From Eledone cirrhosa (taxonomy: Eukaryota), in assembly GCA_964016885.1 (NCBI GenBank), contig OZ024744.1:111166001-111230000 (forward strand): DNA of 64,000 bases, in the 5' to 3' direction. The notes below the pieces were generated by a model. The model was not told the DNA's origin, made no database searches, and saw nothing but the letters and a program-made list of their open reading frames with translations. This document shows positions 48,201 to 59,126 of the stretch, piece after piece (positions within the stretch are counted from its first letter, which is position 1; each line of letters opens with the position of its first letter). Made by a program: the position numbers and the translations under genes.

Positions 48201-51200
48201 CCTGAACACAGTAAAACTACACAATCCACTATACCTTACCTTGCCCTGAACACAGTAAAACTACACAATCCACTATAGCTTACATTGCTCTGAACACACT
48301 AAAACTATACAATCCACTATATCTTACCTTGCCCTGAACACTGTAAAACTACACAATCCACTATAACTTACCTTGCCCAGAACACAGTAAAACTACACAA
48401 TCCACTATAACTTAACTGGCCCTGAACACACTAAACTACAGAATCCACTATAACTTACCTTGCCCTGAACACAGTAAAACTACACAATCCACTATAACTT
48501 ACCTTGCACTGAACTCAGTAAACTACACAATCCACTATAACTTTCCTTGCCCAGAACAAAGTAAAACTACGTAATCCACTCTACCTTACCTTGCCCTGAA
48601 CACAGTAAAACTACACAATCCACTATAGCTTACCTTGATCTGAACACAGTAAAACTACACAATCCACTATAACTTAACTGGCCCTGAACACAGTAAAACT
48701 ACACGATCCACTATAACTTACCTTGCCCTGAACACAGTAAAACTACAGAATCCACTATAACTTACCTTGCCCAGAACAAAGTAAAACTACGTAATCCACT
48801 ATAACTTACCTTGATCTGAACACAGTAAAACTACACTATCCACTATAACTTACCTTGCCCAGAACAAAGAAAAACTACGTAATCCACTATAACTTACCTT
48901 GCCCTGAACACAGTAAAACTACAGAATCCACTATAACTTACCTTGCCCTGAACACAGTAAAACTACACAATCCACTATAACTTACCTTACCCTGAACACA
49001 GTAAAACTACACAATCCACTATAACTTACCTTGCCTGAACACAGTAAAACTACACTATCCACTATAACTTACCTTGCCTGAACACAGTAAAACTACAGAA
49101 TCCACTATAACTTAACTGGCCCTGAACACAGTAAAACTACACAATCCACTATAACTTACCTTACCCTGAACACAGTAAAACTACAGAATCCACTATAACT
49201 TACCTTGCCCTGAACACAGTAAATCTACACAATCCACTATAACTTACCTTACCCTGAACACAGTAAAACTACAGAATCCACTATAACTTACCTTGCCTGA
49301 ACACAGTAAAACTACACTATCCACTATAACTTACCTTGCCTGAACACAGTAAAACTACAGAATCCACTATAACTTAACTGGCCCTGAACACAGTAAAACT
49401 ACAGAATCCACTATAACTTACCTTGCCCTGAACACAGTAAAACTACACAATCCACTATAACTTAACTGGCCCTGAACACAGTAAAACTACACAATCCACT
49501 ATAACTTAACTGGCCCTGAACACAGTAAAACTACACAATCCACTATAACTTAACTGGCCCTGAACACACTAAACTACAGAATCCACTATAACTTACCTTG
49601 CTCTGAACACAGTAAAAATACACAATCCACTATAACTTAACTGGCCCTGAACACAGTAAAACTACACAATCCACTATAAGTTACCTTGCTCTGAACACAG
49701 TAAAACTACACAATCCACTATAATTTACCTTGCCCTGAACACAGTAAACTACACAATCCACTATAACTTAACTGGCCCTGAACACAGTAAAACTACACAA
49801 AACACTATAAATTACCTTGTTATGAACACAGTAAAACTACACAATCCACTATACCTTACCTTGCCCTGAACACAGTAAACTACACAATCCACTATAACTT
49901 ACATTGCCCTGAACACAGTAAAACTACACAATCCACTATAACTTACCTTGCTCTGAACACAGTAAAACTTCACAAACCACTATAAATTACCTTACTCTGA
50001 ACACAGTAAAACTACACAATCCACTATAACTTACCTTACCCTGAACACAGTAAAACTACAGAATCCAATATAACTTACCTTGTCCTGAACACAGTAAAAC
50101 TACACAATCCACTATACCTAACCTTGCCCTGAACACAGTAAAACTACACAATCCACTATAACTTACCTTGCCCTGATCACAGTAAAACTACACAATCCAC
50201 TATAACTTACCTTGCCCTGAACACAGTAAAACTACACAATCCACCAAAACTTACCTTGCTCTGAACACAGTAAAACTACACAATCCACTATAACTTACCT
50301 TCCTGTGAACACAATAAAACTACACAATCCACTATAACTTACCTTGCCCTGAACACAGTAGAACTAGACAATCCACTATAACTTACCTTGCCCTGAACAC
50401 AGTAACACTAGCCAATCCACTATAACTTACCTTGCCCTGAACACAGTAAAACTACACAATCTACTATAAATTACCTTGCCCTCAATACACTAAAATTACA
50501 CAATCCACTATAACTTACCTTACCCTGAACACAGTAAAACTACATAATCCACTATAACTTACCTTGCTCTGAACACAGTAAAACTGCACAATCCATTATA
50601 ACTTAACTTGCTTTGAACACAGTAAAACTACACAATCTACTATAATTTACCTTGCCCTGAATACACTTAAATTACACAATCCACTATAACTTACCTTGCC
50701 CTGAACACAGTAAAACTACACAATCCACTATAACTTACCTTGCCCTGAACACAGTAAAACTACACAATCCACCAAAACTTACCTTGCTCTGAACACAGTA
50801 AAACTACACAATCCACTATACCTAACCTTGCCCTGAACACAGTAAAACTACACAATCCACTATAACTTACCTTGTCCTGAACACAGTAAAACTACACAAT
50901 CCACTCTAACTTACCTTGTCCTGAACACAGTAAAACTACACAATCCACTCTACCTTGCCTTGTCCTGAACACAGTAAAACTACACAATCCACTATAACTT
51001 ACCTTTCTGTGAACACAATAAAACTACACAATCCACTCTAACTTACCTTGTCCTGAATACAGTAAAATTACACAATCCACTATAACTTACCTTACTCTGA
51101 ACACAGTAAAACTACATAATCCTCTATAACTTACCTTGCCCTGAACACAGTAAAACTACACAATCCACTCTAACTTACTTTGTCCTGAACACAGTAAAAT

Positions 51201-53160
51201 TACACAATCCACTATAACTTACCTTGCCCTGAACACAGTAGAACTAGACAATCCACTATAACTCACCTTGCCCTGAACACAGTAAAACTACACAATCCAC
51301 TATAACTTACCATGCCCTGAACACAGTAAAACTACACAATCCACCATAACTTACCTTGCTCTGAACACAGTAAAACTACACAATCCACTATAACTTACCT
51401 TCCTGTGAACACAATAAAACTACACAATCCACTATAACTTACCTTGCCCAGAACACAGTAGAACTAGACAATCCACTATAACTTACCTTGCCCTGAACAC
51501 AGTAACACTAGCCAATCCACTATAATTTACCTTGCCCTGAACACAGTAAAACTACACAATCTACTATAATTTACCTTGCCCTGAATACACTTAAATTACA
51601 CAATCCACTATAACTTACCTTGCCCTGAACACATTAAAACTACACAATCCACTATAACTTACCTTGCCCTGAACACAGTAAAACTACACAATCCACCAAA
51701 ACTTACCTTGCTCTGAACAGAGTAAAACTACACAATCCACTATAACTTACCTTGCCCTGAACACAGTAAAACTACACAATCCACTATAACTTACCTTGTC
51801 CTGAACACAGTAAAACTACACAATCCACTCTAACTTACCTTGTCCTGAACACAGTAGAACTAGACAATCCACTATAACTCACCTTGCCCTGAACACAGTA
51901 AAACTACACAATCCACTATAACATACCATGCCCTGAACACAGTAAAACTACACAATCCACCAAAACTTACCTTGCTCTGAACACAGTAAACTACACAATC
52001 CACTATAACTTACCTTACCCTGAACACAGTAAAACTACACAATCCACTATAACTTACCTTCCTGTGAACAAAGTAAAACTACACAATCCACTATAACTTA
52101 CCTTCCTGTGAACACAGTAAAACTACACAATCCACTCTAACTTACCTTGTCCTGAATACACTAAAACTACACAATCCACTCTAACTTACCTTGTCCTGTA
52201 CACAGTAAAACTACACAATCCACTATAATTTACCTTGCCCTGAACACAGTAAAACTACACAATCCACTATAACTTACGTTGCCCTGAACACAGTAAAACT
52301 ACACAATCCACTATAACTTACCTTGCCCTGAACACAGTAAAACTAGACAATCCACTATAACTTACCTTGCCCTGATCACAGTAAAACTACACAATCCACT
52401 ATAACTTACCTTGCCCTGAACACAGTAAAACTACACAATCCACTATAACTTACCTTGCCCTGAACACAGTAAAACTACACAATCCACTATAACTTACCTT
52501 GCCCTGAACACAGTAAAACTAGACAATCCACTGTAACTTACCTTGCCCTGAACACAGTAAAACTACACAATCCACTATAATTTACCTTGCCCTGAACACA
52601 GTAAAACTACACAATCCACTATAACTTACCTTGCCCTGAACACAGTAAAACTACACAATCCACTATAACTTACCTTGCCCTGAACACAGTAAAACTAGAC
52701 AATCCACTATAACTTACCTTGCCCTGAACACAGTAAAACTACACAATCCACTATAACTTACCTTGCCCTGAACACAGTAAAACTAGACAATCCACTATAA
52801 CTTACCTTGCCCTGAACACAGTAAAACTACACAATCCACTATAATTTACCTTGCCCTGAACACAGTAAAACTACACAATCCACTATAACTTACCTTGCCC
52901 TGAACACAGTAAAACTACACAATCCACTATAACTTACCTTGCCCTGAACACAATAAAAATACACAATCCACTATAACTTACCTTGCCCTGAACACAGTAA
53001 AACTAGACAATCCACTATAACTTACCTTGCCCTGAACACAATAAAAATACACAATCCACTATAACTTACCTTGCCCTGAACACAGTAAAACTAGACAATC
53101 CACTATAACTTACCTTGCCCTGAACACAATAAAAATACATAATCTCCTATAACCTACCTT

Positions 53161-53193
53161 GGCCTTGTGCCAAAAGTAGAAACAATTATTATT
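53161..53193 (+). mobile_element. SINE 3' tail fragment abutting the satellite end
   Basis: GGCCTTGTGCCAAAAGTAGAAACAATTATT is identical to the tail of the full SINE copy at 63166-63360. Confidence 0.85.
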
Positions 53194-53451
53194 ACTTCTT
53201 TTACTATTATTAATATGTTTAATCATGTTACTACTATTAATATAATTTTCCATATATGGTAGCTGGAAAATATTCGACTACTCTAAGAGTGTCACCATAT
53301 CTCAAGCGAACGTCTTTATGTACTATCGTCGTGTCGTTCTAATTTCTAAAGACTGTATTTGATAGTACTGCTGCGTCAACAGATGAATTTTTTACGTCTT
53401 CCGATGATAATGAAAGCAAACATTGTTTCCTTAAACTTTACTCTAAACTAA

Positions 53452-53642
53452 TAATTATTTCTACTTTTTGGCACAAGGCCAGCAATTACCCCAGTGCATT
53501 ACTGGTACTTTATTTTATCGACCCCGTAAAGATGAAAGGCAAAGTCAACCTCGGCGGGATTTGAACTCAGATCGTAAAGGGATGTAACTATGCGTCAAAG
53601 CATCGTGTCCGACCCTCTACCGATACTGGCAATCCACCGCCC
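53452..53642 (-). mobile_element. Full-length tRNA-derived SINE with Meta-like central domain
   Basis: The minus strand has a GGCGG head, box A TGCCAGTATCGG, box B GAGTTCAAATCC, body GCCTTTCATC..GGGGTCGATAAAATAAAGTACC and an ATT tail. 16-bp TSD ACTCTAAACTAATAAT at 53440-53455 and 53649-53664. Confidence 0.9.
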
Positions 53643-53841
53643 TAATCCACTCTAAACTAATAATGATACATTACAATAGATAGAGGCAGTGGTTGTTTTA
53701 CACAAAAATCGAGTAAACAATAAAAAAAAAAACCAATAACAATAAACAAGAATACTACAATAAAAAAATTCCCAATACGGGGACTAACCACCCAAGGGCA
53801 ATTCAGGTATCTCACGAATCATCACCACATTTATCCACCTT

Positions 53842-54693
53842 TTAGCAAATGCAGTGGGGGCAGGGCAGCACTTCTCTCCCCACACTCCTTTCCAAGTGAA
53901 ACTTGAAGAAGTTGATGAGGGATTGGCCGAAGAGAAAAGTGTCTGTCTTCAGTCCTTTCAATCCGGTCCACCATATAATCTCTTTCACAACGGCCACCAG
54001 ACAGAGGAAAATTGCCTGCTCTTCCTGGCCAAAGGAAAGCGGCGGGTCGATCTTCACTATGGACTCGGCCGATAGCCGTATTCGTTCCACACGCGACAGT
54101 AGCTGTTCGACATAACTCCACAAGTCAGTAATGCACGGACACTGGACAAGTGCGAGCAGAACGGTTTCGTCGCTCTGCGCGCATCTCGGGCAGGTCCGTC
54201 TGACAGCACTTCCGTGCCTGTAGAGTTTATCCCGAACCGGCAGTGCCCCCCGGTAGCACTGCCAAGCGAGGGATTTATGGAAGTTATCCATCGTCCCCGA
54301 CTCGAAAGTCCTCCGGAACAGACTGATCAGTTCGAGTTCGTCAAAGTCCAGGGCCTCTCCGAGTGCGACGTCACACTTGCCTACCATTGATCCCCTATAG
54401 AACTCGAGAGTGGAAGTTCCACTGACCGTATTGCCCGCTCGGTAGAGGGCAGTGGGAACCTGGCAACATTCCAGATGCCAGTCACTCAGTCTTGGTCTCT
54501 TGACACAGGACTGCAGCTCTGTCAAAGCGACGAGCTGTGGAAAGATTTCTCTCACAAACGCTGACCACACCATTTCATCGTTTAGGCAGAGTATCTGGAA
54601 AAGCCGCAGCCTCAGCGCATGTCTGCGCATCATTTGCCACAGCATGCCCAGTCCTTTGCGTAGAGGGTGTTGGCAGCAGATGGACCACCTCAC
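53842..54693 (-). pseudogene. LINE ORF2 C-terminal region (zf-RVT-like)
   Basis: 283-aa ORF with CCQHPLRKGLGM, KSLAWQCYRGALPVRDKL and CPRCAQSDETVLLALVQC (CX2C...C, expected His replaced). Typical of the Tx1/L1 ORF2 tail. Confidence 0.85.
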
Positions 54694-54713
54694 CCTCGTA
54701 GGTGTTTTGTTTA

Positions 54714-55186
54714 TCTAATCTAATCTAATCTGGCCGAGTTTACACTCGCAAATAAGAAGAACCAGGGCCGCTCCTAGGAGCATTGGATTTGGTGTACTTC
54801 ATATTTGTTTCGGTTGCTGAATACAATCAGGGGCCGCTACTTCTCCTGAAGATCAATAGTTCTCTTCTAACTCGAGCGGGAGCGCCTTTCCATTGTCAAT
54901 TTTCATTGATCATCTACAAAGCTACATTGTTCTCAGAACCACTACACCAGTCTTTCTATGCGTGCAGCTGGACCTATCGATTTTTTTTTTTAGATGGCTG
55001 TTGACTCTTATCAGTTCTTCCGCCTTTTGTCAGGTTTTATTTTTTGTTCTGCAGGGTGTCCAAAATCACCCTCCTCACCAAGTAAACTTGGTGAGGTTGC
55101 CAGTTTAGTCGCTGACGACCCGACCATGCGACAGGTTGTACTGGATTACATGCTACCAGTAACACTCAAGAGTGACCTGACATGGT
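54714..55186 (-). mobile_element. ~470-bp non-autonomous retroposon nested in the LINE
   Basis: Flanked by direct repeat GTTTTGTTTA (54704-54713 and 55185-55194). On the minus strand it ends in a CGAGT-GTAA-ACTCG hairpin, GCC and AGATTAGATTAGATTAGAT. LINE coding similarity stops and resumes at these boundaries. Confidence 0.8.
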
Positions 55187-55187
55187 T
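55100..55187 (-). ncRNA. Candidate HDV-like self-cleaving ribozyme, possibly degenerate
   Basis: Minus strand: P1 ACCATG/CATGGT(C), P2 CCAGT/ACTGG, P1.1 CC/GG, P4 TCG-TCAG-CGA and J4/2 CTAA, all in HDV order. P3 pairing is imperfect and G1 reads A. Confidence 0.6.
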
Positions 55188-56530
55188 TTGTTTAACTCCT
55201 GTCAATCTTTCATATTCCTCCCAAAGAATGCCGACCACCTCGATTTCCGATGTGTTCGACACCATCACGGTGATGTCCGCATAAGCCGACACAGCCTTTC
55301 CGCCTCCCGTTTCGAGCGGAATGCCCTGCAACAGCTCCAGCTTCCGCAGTAATGGCTCAAGAGTCAGCGAAGTGGTTAAGTAAGGCCTCACACATCTCTC
55401 TGGAATCGTTCAGCTCGCATTCGTCTTGGTCCGCCAAAGACCGTGCTTTGTTACCACGTTGCGTCTCTGCCACGCGAGCCCATCGAACAGCTTTGGTTCC
55501 CTCGTTTCTCAGCGCACGCGCTTTAGCTCTAACAATGCAACCTTCGTGTTTCACATTAAAGAAATGATGTAATGCCATTCTCGCGGCTAGCACGTCAGTT
55601 GCAATGCCACTACAAGTAGCCTCGTCTAACTTAGCTACCAGCTCCCCCTCCTTTCCATTCTTCTCTAACGCTACTTCTTTGCTAAACCCTATCGATATTA
55701 CTGTAATCCCTCTTTTGAGACTCGACCACCACCACCACCTGTTGTTGACGACTCACCTCCCTGTCAACTTTTGCTTAACTAAATTGGTGACCCGGTCGCT
55801 GTAAACCTTACGTGCAGGAAACAACATGTTCAGCTTCCACTAACTAGGTCCTAACGTACATGTCTTATCTAGGCCGACCATACAGATCACAAACTCGTGA
55901 TCTGAATAGGCGACCGTTTTAAATTGTGGATAGCCTACAATATTTCAATCTATTTTCCTAATGAGAATCTTGTCTATATACGACCTAGATGACCCTATGT
56001 GGTTGGTCCACATCTACACTGGCGCATTAGGGAAATCTGGTCGGTACCTGTCAGACAGTTGGAACTGGCTTATCAGATACTTGAGGCATTTACACCGCCG
56101 TTCCAGTCCCCTGCTAACAATAAAGGGTGAGACGTACCCAGAAAGGCTTCCAGGCATCTAAGAGGTCCAGTTGTCCGGCACGGAATGGAGCGTAGACAGC
56201 CACCAGTCTAAAGGCACCACCTTCGCTATTACTCACGTTCAGGATCACCAACTTACCGTCCGGGTCCCGGAATATCGACCTTACCTCGAAATCCAGACCT
56301 TTCCTAAACAGCACTGTCACCCCACCTCCCATTCCCGGTCGGCTAACAGATGCGAAGATCTGATAGTCGCCAAAAATGTGGGCTAGTGCGCGCGTGTCAG
56401 AAATCCTGGTCTCGCTGACGGTAATTACATCTATTTCTAGAGACCTGAGGTCGTTCAGCAGTTGACCCTGCTTCCAGGGCGACCCCAGACCACGAACATT
56501 TTAAACATCCTACACTTTATATGGCTATGT
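55187..56530 (-). pseudogene. LINE ORF2 APE endonuclease and partial reverse transcriptase, frameshifted
   Basis: Translated by eye: NVRGLGSPWKQGQLLNDLRSLEIDVITVSETRI (about 56400-56500), GGGVTVLF..RLVAVYAP, YSDHEFV (about 55890-55910), WKLN, then LTLEPLLRKL..SAYADITV. Multiple stops and frameshifts. Confidence 0.88.
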
Positions 56531-56557
56531 TGACAGGCTAAAAGAGAGAGGAAAGGT

Positions 56558-57570
56558 TTACTTACCTCCCTGGGGCTTATGGAGGACAGGTGGTTCGACC
56601 TCCATATTTTGAGTTTTTATTTTTTTTAAACCCTTAAGCAATCTGCTTGTTGCTTGTATATTCGGGATTCCCACGACACGAGGAAAGCTCTCCCTAATCG
56701 CTGTGTATGTGTTGAGCGACATTCGTATTAGAAACAAATCTTCTGGCACGCGATTTCTTGTCTTCATACTATGAAGGCCATCATTTACTCGTTGAGCCTT
56801 CTTCCAAGCACGAAGTTTTGTGTGCTTTGTTTTTGTTGTGGTTTGATTGTGGTGATGATAGTGGTGATGATGGTGTTGTTGGTGTTGTTTTGGGTGTGTT
56901 TTGTGGGTGTGGTGTCTGCGATTTCATTTGTTTGTGTGTTCTTTTGTTTTTGTTTTTGTTATGGTTGTTTGCGTTTGTAGGGATTGGGGTGTTGGTGGTG
57001 GTTGGTGTGGAAGTGAATTTGTTGTGTGGTGCCAGCATTTTCTGTAATGGGTGTTTTTGTGATGTGTGGACCTTTTTTTCTTTTGTTTTTTTTATTTAGG
57101 TTTTGCCTCGTCTTCGCTACTGAAAGACGATGTTGTGTGTGGGGGGGGGGTGTTTGTTAGTGTGTGTATTTTGAGTGGGAAGACAAATGGGAGAGTTCTC
57201 CTTGTTTTCCCCTGAGTGATCAAAATTGGTGCTGACATTTTCGCTGGTGCTTCCTGTGCTAGTGTCGGTGGTGGTCCCTTGCATTTTTGAGCTGAGGGCA
57301 GAAGGCTCGCAAGTGAGTTGTTTCTCCGCAGACGAAACAGTGCAGCCTTTTGCCCTCGGTCATTACTTGCAGAGCCATCCCGTTTAGGAGATGGATGTGG
57401 TCCGAGATTTTTCTCAGGTCCTCAAGCCTGATCTGGGGAAGAATAACCAGGTCAACCCCCGACCAGTCCTTCCTGGCAGTTCTGGTTGCTTCGATCGGGA
57501 CAGCATCTGTCCCCTCCACAATCATGAATCCCAGGAACCACCACATATCTAGTCCTGGGGTGTCCAGCAA
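56558..57570 (-). pseudogene. LINE ORF1 remnant with zinc knuckle and low-complexity linker
   Basis: CFVCGETTHLRAFC (CX2CX4HX4C) in ORF 57259-57570, followed by a T/P/N/K-rich stretch, directly upstream of the APE domain. Confidence 0.75.
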
Positions 57571-58845
57571 GGAGGCCTACTCGGGTCGCTCCTCTTTGCG
57601 CTGTCAGTGGACGGCTTGATCCGATTGGTCTGGTCGCCCCACAACGTTTCGTACCTGGACGACTCGACACTGGCTCGCTTGGCTGAGGCGATAGTTGAGG
57701 ACCTCCGGCAAATCATCATAGCTCTAAAGCTCCTTGGACTTGAGATCATCCCATCCAAATCTGAGGTGACAAACGAGCTACGGAGAGAGCAAATTCCATG
57801 AAGCCGTACTCAGCATCTGTCCCGTCCTGTCCGGAGCTCGGCTTACGCCAAAAGACGCCACCTGCATTCTCGACTCTCCGATTCTCTCGAAAGCCATAAG
57901 AGACTGCCTGGAGACCAAGCATTAAAGCTTGTACCGAACAGCAGAGAAGCTGCGTCTCCTTGATGCTCCTCCGGCGCTCTTCCTCTTGAGGAACTGCTTC
58001 ACCCTCCCCAAATTTCTGTTCACGCTACGTGGTGTCACCCCCACGCAAGTCTTCTCAGGGAACTCGACGTCACCATCCAATGCTGTGCAGAATTCATCTT
58101 CAATGTCAGTTTCGACAGCGCCGGCTGGCAACAGGTGAATCTCCCAGTGAAGTTCCGTGACCTCAGCCTCCAATCTGCTTCAGATCTAACTCTACTGGCC
58201 TACCTTTCCTCTATCTCCTTCAGTCATGCGCTCCCACTGTCTTGCCGCCAGAGGGCAGGCTGGTTCCCCCGACATGCCGCTCTCAACGACATATTGAGAA
58301 GGAGCCTGAGCGCAGCTGGCTTCCCATCACAACTGGAGCCAGTAGGTTTAGACTGCGGGGATGGAAAGTGCCCCGATGGAATTATCCCCTTCCCATTCGA
58401 AGGAGGTAGATCCCTAGGATGTCACATGTTGGTACGTGTTCTCCGAGTCAACTTCGTAACTTCGGCCACAAACCCCGGTACCGCGGCCCACTTTGCGGTG
58501 GAAAGGTAGACAAACAAATACTGAGGATTGTCCAGCCACTTACTCTTCGCACCGGTTACCGTCGAGACCTCAGGCGTACTTTGGACCCCGTACTGCCGAG
58601 CTCCTCAGCAAGACCGGAACGTCGGCGGCCCGTCTGAGGAAGGAGCTTCGTGAGGTGGGGTGGCTGTTGTAGCGGGTCTCGCTGGCCATTGTCCAGGGAA
58701 ATGCTTTTGCAGAGCGCAACCACAACACCGCCACGCCCTAGACCTAGAATCTATCACCTCCCCATTCCCCATCCCATTCTTCTGTAACCCTAGAGCCCTT
58801 GCCTTTTCCCCCCTTTTCCGTTATTTTACACACACAAAATAAACT
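57558..58845 (+). mobile_element. 5'-truncated, internally deleted CRE-like non-LTR retrotransposon (RT + restriction-like endonuclease)
   Basis: GVQQGGLLGSLLFALSV..NVSYLDD..LGLEIIPSKSE (RT), LFLLRNCFTLPK, RHAALNDILRRSL..EPVGL..DGKCPDG (RLE PD motif) and LAIVQGNAF near the end. AATAAA at 58838. The clade call rests on remembered motif patterns. Confidence 0.8.
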
Positions 58846-58982
58846 TCATCGTACATATACAGTACACATTCAAAATTACATTCACTCACACATAAACGTG
58901 CACTACCACACGTTTAAACTTACACATACAAATGATATGGACACAAATACACACACATTTCATTTTGTGTTCCAGAATCATT

Positions 58983-59126
58983 TCGGCGGGATTTGAACAA
59001 AATAATTGTTTCTACTTTTGGCACAAGGCCAGCAATTACCCAGTACATAAAATACCAGTAATGTACTGGGTGTTTGCTGGCCTTGTGCTAAAAGTAGAAA
59101 CAATTATTTTGTTCAAATCCCGCCGA
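58983..59126. repeat. 66-bp-arm inverted repeat built from SINE pieces
   Basis: 58983-59048 is the near-perfect reverse complement of 59061-59126, with a 12-nt spacer. Confidence 0.9.

Larger units (their letters stand above)
1..53160. repeat. 44-bp tandem satellite array, about 1,200 monomers, open at the left window edge
   Basis: Unit AGTAAAACTACACAATCCACTATAACTTACCTTGCCCTGAACAC repeats head-to-tail. Phase recurs every 660 bp (15 x 44) at 1, 661, 1321 and on to 20461. Consensus is 17A/14C/10T/3G with no CpG. The last monomer (about 53120-53160) is degenerate. Confidence 0.99.
53670..57570 (-). mobile_element. Degenerate Tx1/L1-clade LINE (ORF1 + APE-RT ORF2), internally deleted and interrupted
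   Basis: Collinear minus-strand remnants: ORF1 CCHC knuckle, APE motifs, WKLN, RT YAD, a GLG motif and a C-terminal zinc finger, then a T-rich 3' UTR. Both outer boundaries are approximate. Confidence 0.88.

Noticed and set aside
1-53160. CRISPR array or coding repeat
   Set aside because: No unique spacers, no cas genes and no ORFs in the track. The monomers are contiguous variants of one unit in a eukaryotic TE context.
1-53160. Telomeric repeat, or a 22/11-bp sub-repeat origin of the monomer
   Set aside because: No TTAGGG-type unit, and halves or quarters of the 44-mer do not align convincingly by eye.
53842-54693. Domesticated or functional 283-aa gene
   Set aside because: Non-ATG start next to a nested insertion, a zinc-finger His lost, and the rest of ORF2 disrupted.
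54783-55284. Short + strand ORFs over the nested insert
   Set aside because: No recognisable motifs. They cross element boundaries and lie antisense to the element.
56758-57099. Hydrophobic membrane-protein-like ORFs on the + strand
   Set aside because: They are the antisense reading of the A/C-rich LINE ORF1 linker.
57558-58760. Prokaryotic RT system (retron, DGR, group II intron) paired with the repeat array
   Set aside because: The RT is followed by an RLE-type endonuclease remnant typical of eukaryotic non-LTR elements and is broken by stops and deletions.
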